The notes below the pieces were generated by a model. That model was not told the DNA's origin, did not search any database, and saw only the letters and a program-made list of their open reading frames with translations. 64,000 bases of DNA. It comes from an uncultured Muribaculaceae bacterium. Its GTDB lineage: Bacteria > Bacteroidota > Bacteroidia > Bacteroidales > Muribaculaceae. Made by a program: the position numbers and the translations under genes. How positions within the stretch are numbered: position 1 is the first letter of the stretch; each line of letters begins with the position of its first letter. Shown piece by piece: positions 10,567 to 19,993 of this stretch. The stretch lies in the NCBI GenBank assembly GCA_949742535.1, contig CATJQX010000095.1, positions 13 to 64,012 of the forward strand. The letters are read 5' to 3'.

Positions 10567-10600
10567 CCGGCGCTTTGAGACATCAAGGCGCCGGTTTTTT
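10567..10600 (+). terminator. Intrinsic terminator ending the non-coding transcript
   Basis: CCGGCGCTTTGA-GACA-TCAAGGCGCCGG followed by TTTTTT. Confidence 0.8.
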
Positions 10601-10630
10601 GTGTGAGCCGATTTAGTATATACGGAAACA

Positions 10631-10663
10631 AAACAGGCGCCAAAACGTACATGGCGCCTGTTT
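10631..10663 (-). terminator. Intrinsic terminator for the 10688 gene
   Basis: AAACAGGCGCCA..TGGCGCCTGTTT with a T-rich tail on the minus strand. Confidence 0.7.
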
Positions 10664-10687
10664 CGCAAAGTTGTATGTGATAGATGA

Positions 10688-11302
10688 TTATTCCTGAAGG
10701 ATTTCGTATGAGCTTGCAACTACATAGTAGCTTGACAGATAGGGTTTGCCCTCTTTCTCCGCGCGCTCGGCGATGCGTGCGCGATAGTCGGCGATCTGTG
10801 CGGCAAACGAATCTATGTCTCCCTGGCCCTGAGCTTTGCGCTCTGTGTCGCATCCGGTTGCTGCTTTGTCAACTTCTGCCGCCTGTTCTGCGCCAGCCTG
10901 CTCTGCAATCATTTTCACCTGTTCTGCATGCTGCGCCTCAAATTGCTGTACATCTTCTTCGGTAAGGCGCGACTCTACAACTACTCCGGTGACCTTCATT
11001 TTCTGTTGTACGCATTCCTGAGGAAAAGCACCGCCGATTTCCGGGGTTGCATCGCATCGCAGCAGGGTGTTTTCGTCGCTTCCGAGCAGGAATGCTTTTT
11101 TACCGCCATGTGCGCATAGATGTGATACTACACCTTCTATGGTGATTGTGTCATTCATGTATGCCTCAGGGTTGGCTACGACAGAGTCTACACTAACGGC
11201 AACGGAATTGTCTGTCGTTTCATTCTGATTCTTATTGCCGCATGATGTTATCAACATCATGCCAATTAAAGCAAAAACAGAGAGGAAAAGGGATTTTTTC
11301 AT
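10688..11302 (-). CDS. Hypothetical OB-fold-like lipoprotein
   Basis: Lipobox ITSC; TITIEGVVSHLCAHGGKK and MKVTGVV strands; start at MKKSLF. Confidence 0.7.
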   Translation of the reverse strand: MKKSLFLSVFALIGMMLITSCGNKNQNETTDNSVAVSVDSVVANPEAYMNDTITIEGVVSHLCAHGGKKAFLLGSDENTLLRCDATPEIGGAFPQECVQQKMKVTGVVVESRLTEEDVQQFEAQHAEQVKMIAEQAGAEQAAEVDKAATGCDTERKAQGQGDIDSFAAQIADYRARIAERAEKEGKPYLSSYYVVASSYEILQE

Positions 11303-11407
11303 AATCTGAACTGTGAAATATTGATTGGTATTATAGTTTCTGGTCAACTTCGCAAAATTAATGAATTTTGGTGAATATCAAATACTACAGGGTGGAATTC
11401 GGAAGAA

Positions 11408-11983
11408 TTATTCTTCTCCCAATATGTCGCTCATTGTTTTAAGGTCTTTTTTGAAACGCCGGTCAATTGAGATGCCCACAATAGCTCCTATGGCCGCACC
11501 TGCGGCGGCTCCGATGACAATTCCTGAATCTGTGCCATCGTCAAGCACCCATATGATCAGCACGACAAGTGGAGTCGCTATGCAGATCAGCATAAATTTC
11601 AGCCGTGCACGCAAGCGTATGAAATGTTTCATAAATGAAATTGCATCAACAGTGGTCATGCATGCAAAATCGGCCCGGTGCAACATTCGTAGCATATATA
11701 TGTTTACTCCTACCGTCAGGACTATAAAAAACTCATACAGAACAGTGAGCCACATCGGAACAGGATAATGTCTGGTCATAAGGATGAAATAAACCATGCA
11801 GAGGCATCCGACGATCGCAAGGGTCCGCAAGCGGCGGATAACCCTTTGCTTTTCTGAATGAGGTATGCGACGCCTGCCCCCGGGCCGAGGCCCCGGGGCA
11901 GGCGCCTCTATGGAGAGGCGCCTCCATTTATTCCGTAATTGTTCTATATCCGGAGATATATTATCGTTGTTATCTGTAGTCAT
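11408..11983 (-). CDS. Hypothetical 4-TM membrane protein, putative anti-sigma factor
   Basis: Four hydrophobic segments, N-terminal IEQLRNKW helix, directly downstream of the ECF sigma. Confidence 0.65.
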   Translation of the reverse strand: MTTDNNDNISPDIEQLRNKWRRLSIEAPAPGPRPGGRRRIPHSEKQRVIRRLRTLAIVGCLCMVYFILMTRHYPVPMWLTVLYEFFIVLTVGVNIYMLRMLHRADFACMTTVDAISFMKHFIRLRARLKFMLICIATPLVVLIIWVLDDGTDSGIVIGAAAGAAIGAIVGISIDRRFKKDLKTMSDILGEE

Positions 11984-12014
11984 TATTGTAATTATGCGAT
12001 GAGAGGTGTGGCAG

Positions 12015-12527
12015 TCAGCTGTTGCTCATTTTCATAAGTTTCTGTTTACACCGGTGCAGTCTGGCTGCGACATTATTACGTTGTAGTCCGGTGACTTCAC
12101 TGATTTCCTGATAGCTTTTCTCATCAAGCCACATCAGTATTATGGCTTTGTCAAGGGCGGGCAGCTGATTGATAAGAGTGTACATCTCACTCAGGCATCT
12201 TGCATGCTCGTGGTCATCGCAAGCCCGGTCAGCCAGCTGCATCATTTCAGGATTACTCATGGAGAGATTCTCGTCATGTTTGCGGGTTTTCCTGAAACAA
12301 CTGATGCATGTGTTGATGCATACTCTGTAAATCCATGTGCTTGCCGCGCTTTCGCCCCTGAACTGTGTGAAGGATTGCCACAGGTTTATCAGCGTTTCCT
12401 GATAGAGGTCCTTGAAGTGCTCGGGGTCACGGGCATACATGTAGCATACCTTAGTGAGAACCCCCCGATTCTCTTCTATCAGTGATTCGAATTCTTTTTC
12501 CCTGTCTGGTGGATTCTTAATATGCAT
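12015..12527 (-). CDS. ECF RNA polymerase sigma factor
   Basis: KDLYQE..LW, STWIYRV..N (region 2), SYQEISEVTG HTH (region 4). Confidence 0.9.
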   Translation of the reverse strand: MHIKNPPDREKEFESLIEENRGVLTKVCYMYARDPEHFKDLYQETLINLWQSFTQFRGESAASTWIYRVCINTCISCFRKTRKHDENLSMSNPEMMQLADRACDDHEHARCLSEMYTLINQLPALDKAIILMWLDEKSYQEISEVTGLQRNNVAARLHRCKQKLMKMSNS

Positions 12528-12537
12528 CGGGAGAAAA

Positions 12538-13656
12538 TTAACGTGATGCTTTCACATACAGTATCACGGCGATAACCGAATAAATTATATTGGGGATCCA
12601 CATGGCTACCATCGGTGAGGTAAGGCCGGAGATGGCGAATGAAGATGTGACGGTCATAAAAAGGATGTAGCTGAAACTCAGCACAAGCCCCAGACCGATG
12701 TTGACGCCCATACCGCCTTTTACTTTTTTCGAGGACAATGACATGCCTATGACGGTAAGAATGAAGGCCGCCGCACACATGGCGATACGTTTTTCATATT
12801 CAATCTCGAATGCCTTTATATTGGCTACACCGCGTTCTTTCTGGCGCGATATATATTCGCGCAATTGAGGTGAGGTGAGCATCTCCTGGTCATTGCGCGA
12901 TATGAGAAAATCGCGCGGCTCAAACGGGATGACAGTATCAAGCCTCTGTCCGCGGGTGATAAATTCGCGGTTGTCCTTGAAATCGCGGATCACATAGTCG
13001 CGCACCTGCCACTGGTAAAGAGTGTCCCATTTTATGGACATTGATGTAAGGCGCGACACCAGTTTCTTGTCCTGGAATTTTTCAAGCGAGAAGCGGTATC
13101 CGGTGCGTGTGGTGTTGTCGTAGCGGCTCATGAAGGCTATTGTGCCGGGAGCTACCTGCATCATAATGTTGTCTCCGTAGTCAACACGCTTGTTTTTTAC
13201 ATAAGTATTTGTGTAGTCGATGCGTTTGACGTTGGCGGGAGGGATTATGTTGGCTCCGAGCAGAAATGTGCCGATTGCTATTATGGTTGCGGATATCATA
13301 TATGGACGCAGCAGACGCCTGAAACTCATACCGCTTGAGAGCATGGCGATAATCTCGGAGTTATCCGCAAGTTTCGATGTGAAAAATATTACGGCGATGA
13401 AAGTGAAAAGAGGGGAGAACTGGTTTGCAAAGTAGGGGAGAAAGTTCATGAAATACTCGAATACGGTGGCACGCAACGGTGCTTTTAGAAATGCATCGAG
13501 TTTCTCATTGATATCGAACATGACTGTGATCGCCAATATGAGTATAATGGCGAAAACATATGTCCCGAGAAACTTGCGTATGATATACCAGTCAAGCAGG
13601 CTCACTGGAACCTTTCTCCAGAATGCCGTCATGGCAGCCAGTGCTTTTCTTTTCAT
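12538..13656 (-). CDS. LptF/LptG-family permease
   Basis: LDWYIIRKFL, SEIIAMLSSGMS..RL, periplasmic beta-jellyroll, WIPNII. Confidence 0.88.
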   Translation of the reverse strand: MKRKALAAMTAFWRKVPVSLLDWYIIRKFLGTYVFAIILILAITVMFDINEKLDAFLKAPLRATVFEYFMNFLPYFANQFSPLFTFIAVIFFTSKLADNSEIIAMLSSGMSFRRLLRPYMISATIIAIGTFLLGANIIPPANVKRIDYTNTYVKNKRVDYGDNIMMQVAPGTIAFMSRYDNTTRTGYRFSLEKFQDKKLVSRLTSMSIKWDTLYQWQVRDYVIRDFKDNREFITRGQRLDTVIPFEPRDFLISRNDQEMLTSPQLREYISRQKERGVANIKAFEIEYEKRIAMCAAAFILTVIGMSLSSKKVKGGMGVNIGLGLVLSFSYILFMTVTSSFAISGLTSPMVAMWIPNIIYSVIAVILYVKASR

Positions 13657-13702
13657 TGGTTCCGGATGTTCGTTATCGGTTTTATATTGCTACGGTTTAT
13701 GA

Positions 13703-14833
13703 TTACAGACGTTGTGTCACTTGTCCCACCATCATTTTTTTCCACTCCGGAAAATCTCCTGCTATTATATGCTTGCGTGCCTCGCCGACGAGCCACAGGT
13801 AGGACGCGAGGTTGTGTATGGATGCGATCTGCATGGCCAGAAGCTCCTGGCTGATGAACAGATGGCGAAGATAGGCTTTGGAATACACCTGGTCGACAAA
13901 GCAATCGCTGTCTTCCTGGATAGGCGAAAAATCGTCGGCCCATTTTTTGTTTCGCATGTTCATGATGCCGCGTGGGGTAAAGAGCATCCCGTTTCGGCCG
14001 TTGCGTGTCGGCATCACACAGTCCATCATGTCTACTCCGCGGTCGATCGCCTCAAGTATGTTTGCGGGTGTTCCGACCCCCATCAGATAACGGGGGCGGT
14101 CGGTGGGGAGCACTTCGTTGACCACCTCGATCATGTCATACATCGTTTCCGCAGGCTCTCCCACGGCAAGTCCGCCTATGGCGTTTCCATCGGCGCCGAG
14201 TTCGGCCACACGTTCGGCAGCTTCGCGGCGCAGATCAGGAAATGTGCATCCTTGCACTATAGGAAAGAAACTTTGCCGGTGGCCGTAAAGCGGTTCGGTG
14301 GCGTTGAAATGATCCCATCCTCTTTTCAGCCAGCGCATGGTGAGATCAAGGGACTTGCGGGCATAGGACCTCTCGGAAGTACCGGGGGGACATTCGTCAA
14401 GCGCCATCATTATGTCAGATCCGATGGCTCGCTGTATGTCAACGGTCTTTTCCGGGGTAAACAGATGTTTTGAGCCGTCGATATGGCTGCGGAACCAGGC
14501 TCCTTCCTCTGTGAGCTTACGGTTGTCTGACAGGGAGAATACCTGAAAACCGCCGCTATCGGTAAGTATGGGGCGCTCCCACCCTCCGAACTTATGCAGG
14601 CCGCCGGCTTTATTGAGTATGTCGGTGCCGGGGCGCAGATACAGGTGGTAGGTGTTGCCGAGTATTATCTGTGCCTTGATGTCGTCGCGTAGTTCACGCA
14701 TGTGCACGCCTTTCATGGCGCCACATGTACCCACGGGCATGAAAATCGGGGTTTCTATGTCGCCGTGGTCGGTATGTATGATGCCGGCACGGGCTTTGGT
14801 GCCCTCCGGTGTAGCTTTGAGTTCAAATTCCAT
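13703..14833 (-). CDS. tgt: tRNA-guanine transglycosylase
   Basis: TPIFMPVGT, GNTYHL, TDSGGFQ, GGLAVGE, DCVMPTRNGR. Confidence 0.95.
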   Translation of the reverse strand: MEFELKATPEGTKARAGIIHTDHGDIETPIFMPVGTCGAMKGVHMRELRDDIKAQIILGNTYHLYLRPGTDILNKAGGLHKFGGWERPILTDSGGFQVFSLSDNRKLTEEGAWFRSHIDGSKHLFTPEKTVDIQRAIGSDIMMALDECPPGTSERSYARKSLDLTMRWLKRGWDHFNATEPLYGHRQSFFPIVQGCTFPDLRREAAERVAELGADGNAIGGLAVGEPAETMYDMIEVVNEVLPTDRPRYLMGVGTPANILEAIDRGVDMMDCVMPTRNGRNGMLFTPRGIMNMRNKKWADDFSPIQEDSDCFVDQVYSKAYLRHLFISQELLAMQIASIHNLASYLWLVGEARKHIIAGDFPEWKKMMVGQVTQRL

Positions 14834-14841
14834 ATTCGGTG

Positions 14842-14849
14842 CAAAGTTA
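14842..14849 (-). promoter_or_regulatory. -7 element TAACTTTG, 8 nt before the tgt ATG
   Basis: Consensus TAnnTTTG. Confidence 0.65.
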
Positions 14850-14897
14850 CGATTTTCCCCGTAAAAAGCGATACAGGAGGCCGGTTATGCCCCGGTT

Positions 14898-15718
14898 TTA
14901 TTTTTTCTGCGCCGTTTTCCCGCGACCACGGGGAATACGTGGCGACTCCGTTTCGTCAAATATGCATTTGACTAACGGGATGCGCCAGATGTATTTGGAA
15001 GTCGGGAGCATGAAGTCTGCGAATTTGAGTGCAGTCATATGTGAGTATGCGGTTCTGGTCTCTCTGCCGACAATGACGCCACGATGGGAACGCAACACAT
15101 TGGCTGGGAAGAGCGTTGCCGCAGAGCATGAGTTTTCGCAGTACAGCATCGTCACCCCCTCCGTTGTTCCTTACATCCACGATAAGATGTGGGATTGTGA
15201 TATGTCTGCTGATAAAATCCCTGATGCTGTCTACAGAGATTTCGTCAAGGTTGAAAGTCGAGAGACCGATGTATGCGGTGGAGTCATTGAGCAGACTGGT
15301 CTCGAAATCTTTTCCTCGGTATCGGTTTATACGGTTGAAACTGGAACGGCTGGGATTCAGCCTTAATGCCTCCCCGCGCCACACATGTCTTTTTACTTTC
15401 AGCGTCTCGCCGTTGTCGAATGTCACTGTGTACCCTTTGTCTCTGGCACCCCCGGGGAACTGGTTTGTGTACAATCCAACAAGATGCTGGAACTGGAAGG
15501 ATTTCACGTAATCTGCCACATTTCCATCGTATTTCATCACCTTCCTCACCGCCTATGAACAGTGAATTGGCATTCGGCTCATGGTCTATATATGTCTGGG
15601 GGGCATAGAGCACGTTTTCTCCGGTTTTCCTCCCGGTTACCGGCCATAACCATTCTGAGGCAGAGGATACAGAAAAAACAATAAGCGAAAGGATAACCGT
15701 AATAAAATGTTGTTTCAT
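14898..15718 (-). pseudogene. Degraded secreted S41 (tail-specific protease family) peptidase, three out-of-frame fragments
   Basis: Signal peptide + WLWPV in one frame; STAYIGLSTF..LIVDVRNNGGG in a second; ENSCSAAT..VIVGRET..RGRG in a third. Confidence 0.8.
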
Positions 15719-15761
15719 GAGATCAGAGATTTAAGGATTTTGTGTGTCGTACAGGACCGCG

Positions 15762-16325
15762 TTATTTTATAGATTCGATTTTGTCGAATAAAGAGGCTGT
15801 AGCTTTATCTGGTAAGAAAGCCGATACCGGTATGAGGTGTATCGCATGTTTCCCGGCAATGGTATAGCGGAGCATATAATAGCTGCCTGACTGCGCAGCT
15901 TCTGTTATAGTATCGAGGTTTATGTCGCATGCATTGGGGGTGCGCCGGTGTGTGTCGTTGGGTTGTGGCTCGGAGAACAGGGAGGGAGACTCCTGTTCAG
16001 GTTCGGGCAGGGGATAATATACTATCCTGAGTCGGTTTTCCTTCCCGTTGAAAAACAGTCGGGATGGAAAGATGGCTTCGCTTACTCCCGGTGTGGCAAG
16101 AAGGTGTATCCATGCGAACATGAGGATGGTGGGAATGGCAATAAATATTATTGCCGCCGCAACGACAAGCCATCTCCAGTCGGCATACATTCCGTATATT
16201 ATCGCTGCCGATAAAGGTATCGCCGCAACAGGTCCGTAACGCATGGCTATGCGTGTGAAAACCACCCTGGCATATGCTGCCGGAGAAAGTGTGTAGGTGG
16301 TTGTGATGGCGGATTCTGTTCCCAT
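15762..16325 (-). CDS. Hypothetical two-TM membrane protein (YcxB-like architecture)
   Basis: Two TM helices and a C-terminal LIPVSAF motif; in an operon with ktrAB. Confidence 0.6.
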   Translation of the reverse strand: MGTESAITTTYTLSPAAYARVVFTRIAMRYGPVAAIPLSAAIIYGMYADWRWLVVAAAIIFIAIPTILMFAWIHLLATPGVSEAIFPSRLFFNGKENRLRIVYYPLPEPEQESPSLFSEPQPNDTHRRTPNACDINLDTITEAAQSGSYYMLRYTIAGKHAIHLIPVSAFLPDKATASLFDKIESIK

Positions 16326-16343
16326 ATTCTGTTTATACGGAGG

Positions 16344-17039
16344 TTAAGGGGCTATGTGGCGGTACAGGGCCTTGTAATTTTCCATTGTCCCGATACATGT
16401 GAATATATCTCCCTGTTGTACCGCTTCGTCATTATTGGCTGACAGATCTACCGTAACTGTCTCCTGAGATTTGATCCCCAATAGGTTGGTGGCGCTTTTC
16501 TGACGTGAAGCGGCGATGAGCCGTAACCCCATAAGCGCGTCTGCAGTTAGGCTGCTGTAACGCATCGAGACAAAATATTCCGGCGCGGCAAAACGCATGA
16601 CGAGCGTGTCGCGGTCTACACGCAATATTTCCACACCGGTGCCGAGTTCCATTTCGTTGACAAGATCGTGGGCCGCACGTTGCTCGGGGTTTAATATGCG
16701 CTTGACCTGCAGTCCTTCAAGTATTGCCCGGTGAAGCTCGTCGATGGCTCGCGCATATATGTTGCGTACCCCCATTTTACGTAGAAGCGCGACTGTCTTT
16801 ATGCTTGCTCCGAAGTTTTCTCCGATAGTGACTATTACAAGATCCACGTTTTTCAAGGGGAGTACACCGATGGCGCTCTCTTCCGTGGAGTCGATGATGT
16901 ATGCTGTGGCGATGTAATCCTTGATCGCATCTACGTTGGGCGCCTTGATGTCGGCGCCAATCACTTCATGCCCCAGGTCTGTAAGATCCTTCGCAAGGTT
17001 GGTTCCGTAAATGCCGAGGCCGATTATGAGGTAACGCAT
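16344..17039 (-). CDS. ktrA: Ktr/Trk potassium uptake RCK regulatory subunit
   Basis: IIGLGIYG nucleotide-binding motif, ARAIDELH..IL, NPE. Confidence 0.85.
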   Translation of the reverse strand: MRYLIIGLGIYGTNLAKDLTDLGHEVIGADIKAPNVDAIKDYIATAYIIDSTEESAIGVLPLKNVDLVIVTIGENFGASIKTVALLRKMGVRNIYARAIDELHRAILEGLQVKRILNPEQRAAHDLVNEMELGTGVEILRVDRDTLVMRFAAPEYFVSMRYSSLTADALMGLRLIAASRQKSATNLLGIKSQETVTVDLSANNDEAVQQGDIFTCIGTMENYKALYRHIAP

Positions 17040-17051
17040 TTCAGTAGCAGC

Positions 17052-18917
17052 TTAGTTTATGATTATATTCTCTGACGGATAGCGGGCAGGAAGTTCCGCT
17101 TTTGATTTGACTATTCCTGCAAGAAGGGATATGATGCCCACTCTGCCCAGAAACATGGCGGATGAGATGAGAAGTTTTGATGTGGTTCCAAGCAATGGGG
17201 TCACCCCGAGTGACGATCCCACGGTAAACAGTGCCGAGGCTGTTTCATAGAGAAGATCGCGGGTGGAAAGATATGGTTCGAGACCGATCAATATCATTGC
17301 GTATACCACATATGACACAATGGAGATACCTATGACGGCATGCGCCCGCCGGATCGACGGGATGGCAATGGCGCGTCTGAAAACCGTCACACGGTCGCGT
17401 CCGAGTATCACTGCTTTGAGATTAAGGATCATGGTGGCGAATGTGTTCACTTTGATGCCGCCTGCCGTTGACTGCGACGCCCCTCCGATCCACATCAGTA
17501 CCACGAACATCAGCAGAGTTATATTCATGAATCCCGCCGGGTTGACCGAGGAGAAGCCCGACGAACGTGGTACCCATGAATTGAACACGCTCTGTACTAT
17601 CTGGTCATACAGGCTCATCCCTTTCAATGCGTTGCCGCGCTCGAATATGAAGAACAGTATCGTACTGACAACGAAAACCACTCCGGTAGTGCAAAGCGCA
17701 ATTTTGGTATTCAGGTCGTAGATATGCGCCGGCGATGAGAGATGCCGTTGTCCCGCCATACGGTTCCAGACAGACCGCATGTATCTGATCGCGGCATTCT
17801 TGAAGTTCACAAGTATCGGGAACCCTATTCCACCCGCAAAAACGAGTATGCTGACAACAATGAATATCGACTGGTCGGAGTGGAGGATGAGCGGATTTGA
17901 CAGTCCGCCCTCCACGTTGGAGAAGCCCGCATTGCAGAATGCCGACAAGGAATGGAATGCCGCAAACACAATTTCATCATGCAGGCTCATATCCAGTGTG
18001 CCATGGATGCAAAAGAATATGGCAACCGCTCCTATGACTTCTATTACGACAGTGAATCCGAGTATGTAAAGAAGGGTTGGGATAAGGTCGTTGAATGTCT
18101 TCGAGTAGACCATGTCTTTTACCATAAGCTGACTGTAGATGGATGTATTGCCGCTGAAAAACAGTGCGAAAAAACTGGTGAAGGTCATCAATCCGAGACC
18201 ACCGGCCTGGATAAGAACGGCAAGTACAATCAATCCGGCCGGAGTGAAAGTCTGTGAGACATCCACTGTGGTGAGGCCGGTAATACAGACGGCTGATGTG
18301 GCGACAAAAAGCGAGTCGATGTAGGAGATGCCGTTGACGGTACATCTCGGCATCAGCAGTATCAGTGATCCGATAATTATGAGAAAGAGAAAGCTTGCGG
18401 AAAGCAGCAGCGACGGATTTGTACGTTTTCCAATAGCGGCGATTATACCATATGACAGTTCCATGCCGGAATATGCAGCGAGTACTGATATGAGAAATCC
18501 ACGGCTGTAGAGTATCTTCTCAAGCATCGGTATCCACGGATGTTCCGGATGCGGATAGGCAAGTGGCAGCAGGCTTAGAAGTATGGCTCCGTCAAGTATC
18601 CATTTTATAATTTTTGTTTGCCGGAATGTCTGTTTCGGAATCAGTATTAAGTTGAACAGCACATTGGTGATGAAAACTATATGGCATGCTCTTATGATGC
18701 GGAAAATCAGTTTTACATCATGTGGGGCGTGGTCGAAGCCGCCGTATATTATAAGGGCGGTCAGGCATATGAGCGACATGAAGATCGTGATACCGCCGAG
18801 TGTCGCGGAAATAATCTTCAGCAGCTGTACAAAATGGGTCGTCAGCCGCAGATAGCTGCAACGCGCTTTCTGCCACTGACGAGCTATTTTGTCAAGTATA
18901 TGCCAACCCGGTTTCAT
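17052..18917 (-). CDS. ktrB: Ktr/TrkH potassium uptake membrane subunit
   Basis: Pore loops SAVCITGL, FCNAGFS, PRSSGFS, FTVGSS; STAGGIK; MFLGRVG. Confidence 0.88.
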   Translation of the reverse strand: MKPGWHILDKIARQWQKARCSYLRLTTHFVQLLKIISATLGGITIFMSLICLTALIIYGGFDHAPHDVKLIFRIIRACHIVFITNVLFNLILIPKQTFRQTKIIKWILDGAILLSLLPLAYPHPEHPWIPMLEKILYSRGFLISVLAAYSGMELSYGIIAAIGKRTNPSLLLSASFLFLIIIGSLILLMPRCTVNGISYIDSLFVATSAVCITGLTTVDVSQTFTPAGLIVLAVLIQAGGLGLMTFTSFFALFFSGNTSIYSQLMVKDMVYSKTFNDLIPTLLYILGFTVVIEVIGAVAIFFCIHGTLDMSLHDEIVFAAFHSLSAFCNAGFSNVEGGLSNPLILHSDQSIFIVVSILVFAGGIGFPILVNFKNAAIRYMRSVWNRMAGQRHLSSPAHIYDLNTKIALCTTGVVFVVSTILFFIFERGNALKGMSLYDQIVQSVFNSWVPRSSGFSSVNPAGFMNITLLMFVVLMWIGGASQSTAGGIKVNTFATMILNLKAVILGRDRVTVFRRAIAIPSIRRAHAVIGISIVSYVVYAMILIGLEPYLSTRDLLYETASALFTVGSSLGVTPLLGTTSKLLISSAMFLGRVGIISLLAGIVKSKAELPARYPSENIIIN

Positions 18918-18959
18918 GTCTGGGGGGTGCGTGTGTCTTATATTATAGGCGCAGGCGCC

Positions 18960-19643
18960 TTATTTTACGGGTGTCAGTTCAAAACCGCAGTTGAGGCCGT
19001 CATATGAATTCAGCATCGTGGCTACCCCCTGAAGAGTTTTTTGGCCGCTAACTGAAGCGATTGTGTTGACAAGAGTGATGAGTTTGGAGGCATCGAATGT
19101 GATTGTAAGTTTCGTGCCTACCTTTTCAACATGGCTTTTGAAGTGTCCGAGGGGGATTTTTCCGCCGGCGTTGAATGTGAATATAAAATCACCTGTTTCC
19201 GAGTCGGGGTCTTTTTCAAATGTACCGGACAGTTTTACTTTTTTAATTGTGAACAGGAATGTCTTGTCTTCATTGAAAGTGGCAGTGAGGCTTGTAATGC
19301 CGACTTTCTCATAATAAGGCGCTATTTTTGCGGTTATCACACCTGCGGCAGCGGATCCGCCGGCTTTTTTCAGCAGGTTGTCGCTTTTGAATGCGACTGC
19401 GGGGGCGGAGTATTTGTATTGTCCGACCAGATCCTGCTCGGTCAGGTTGCTTTTTGAAATCAGGCCCTCTACGAGTCCTTGTAATCCGGAAAGCACGTCA
19501 TTCCCCTGAGTGTTTTCAGAATTCTTTCCTCCCGACAAGCTTGCGGCAGCCCCTCTGAGAAGATCTGTGATGTCTGGATTGGCAGAAACAGTATTATTCG
19601 TCAGTGACGCGAATAACATAATCAACAATACGATTTTTTTCAT
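18960..19643 (-). CDS. DUF4923-family secreted protein
   Basis: Signal peptide; YSAPAVAFKSDNLLKKAGG; YDGLNCGFEL. Confidence 0.8.
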   Translation of the reverse strand: MKKIVLLIMLFASLTNNTVSANPDITDLLRGAAASLSGGKNSENTQGNDVLSGLQGLVEGLISKSNLTEQDLVGQYKYSAPAVAFKSDNLLKKAGGSAAAGVITAKIAPYYEKVGITSLTATFNEDKTFLFTIKKVKLSGTFEKDPDSETGDFIFTFNAGGKIPLGHFKSHVEKVGTKLTITFDASKLITLVNTIASVSGQKTLQGVATMLNSYDGLNCGFELTPVK

Positions 19644-19993
19644 TTGTAATTTATATCTGTATATGAATGGTTGTTTTACAGTAATTTATCAATTGCAGGA
19701 GACAGATTCAGGTCCTCTGCGTAATATGAAAAAGAAGTTTAGTCAGAATGTGCATTCTTACTATATTTTGCAAAAATAACGAAAAATATGCACCCTGCAT
19801 AATTCATTTCTGCGATGTTAAAATTTTTAACCATTGTTTGCTATTGTCAATTGCGAATAAATCTGTAACTTTACAAAAAATTTAGATAGGAGTTAAAGTA
19901 TATTAAACGGCTCGTCTTGATATGCTTTGGCTATTCAAACTCAGTGGGTTATTTTGACTACCGCGGAAAAAGGGTTCCACGGTATCTTTATTT

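Noticed and set aside
10533-10853. 106-aa minus-strand ORF
   Set aside because: It is an alternative frame of the lipoprotein gene that runs through two terminators
14839-15366. 175-aa plus-strand ORF
   Set aside because: It is antisense to the S41 pseudogene fragments and starts inside the tgt promoter
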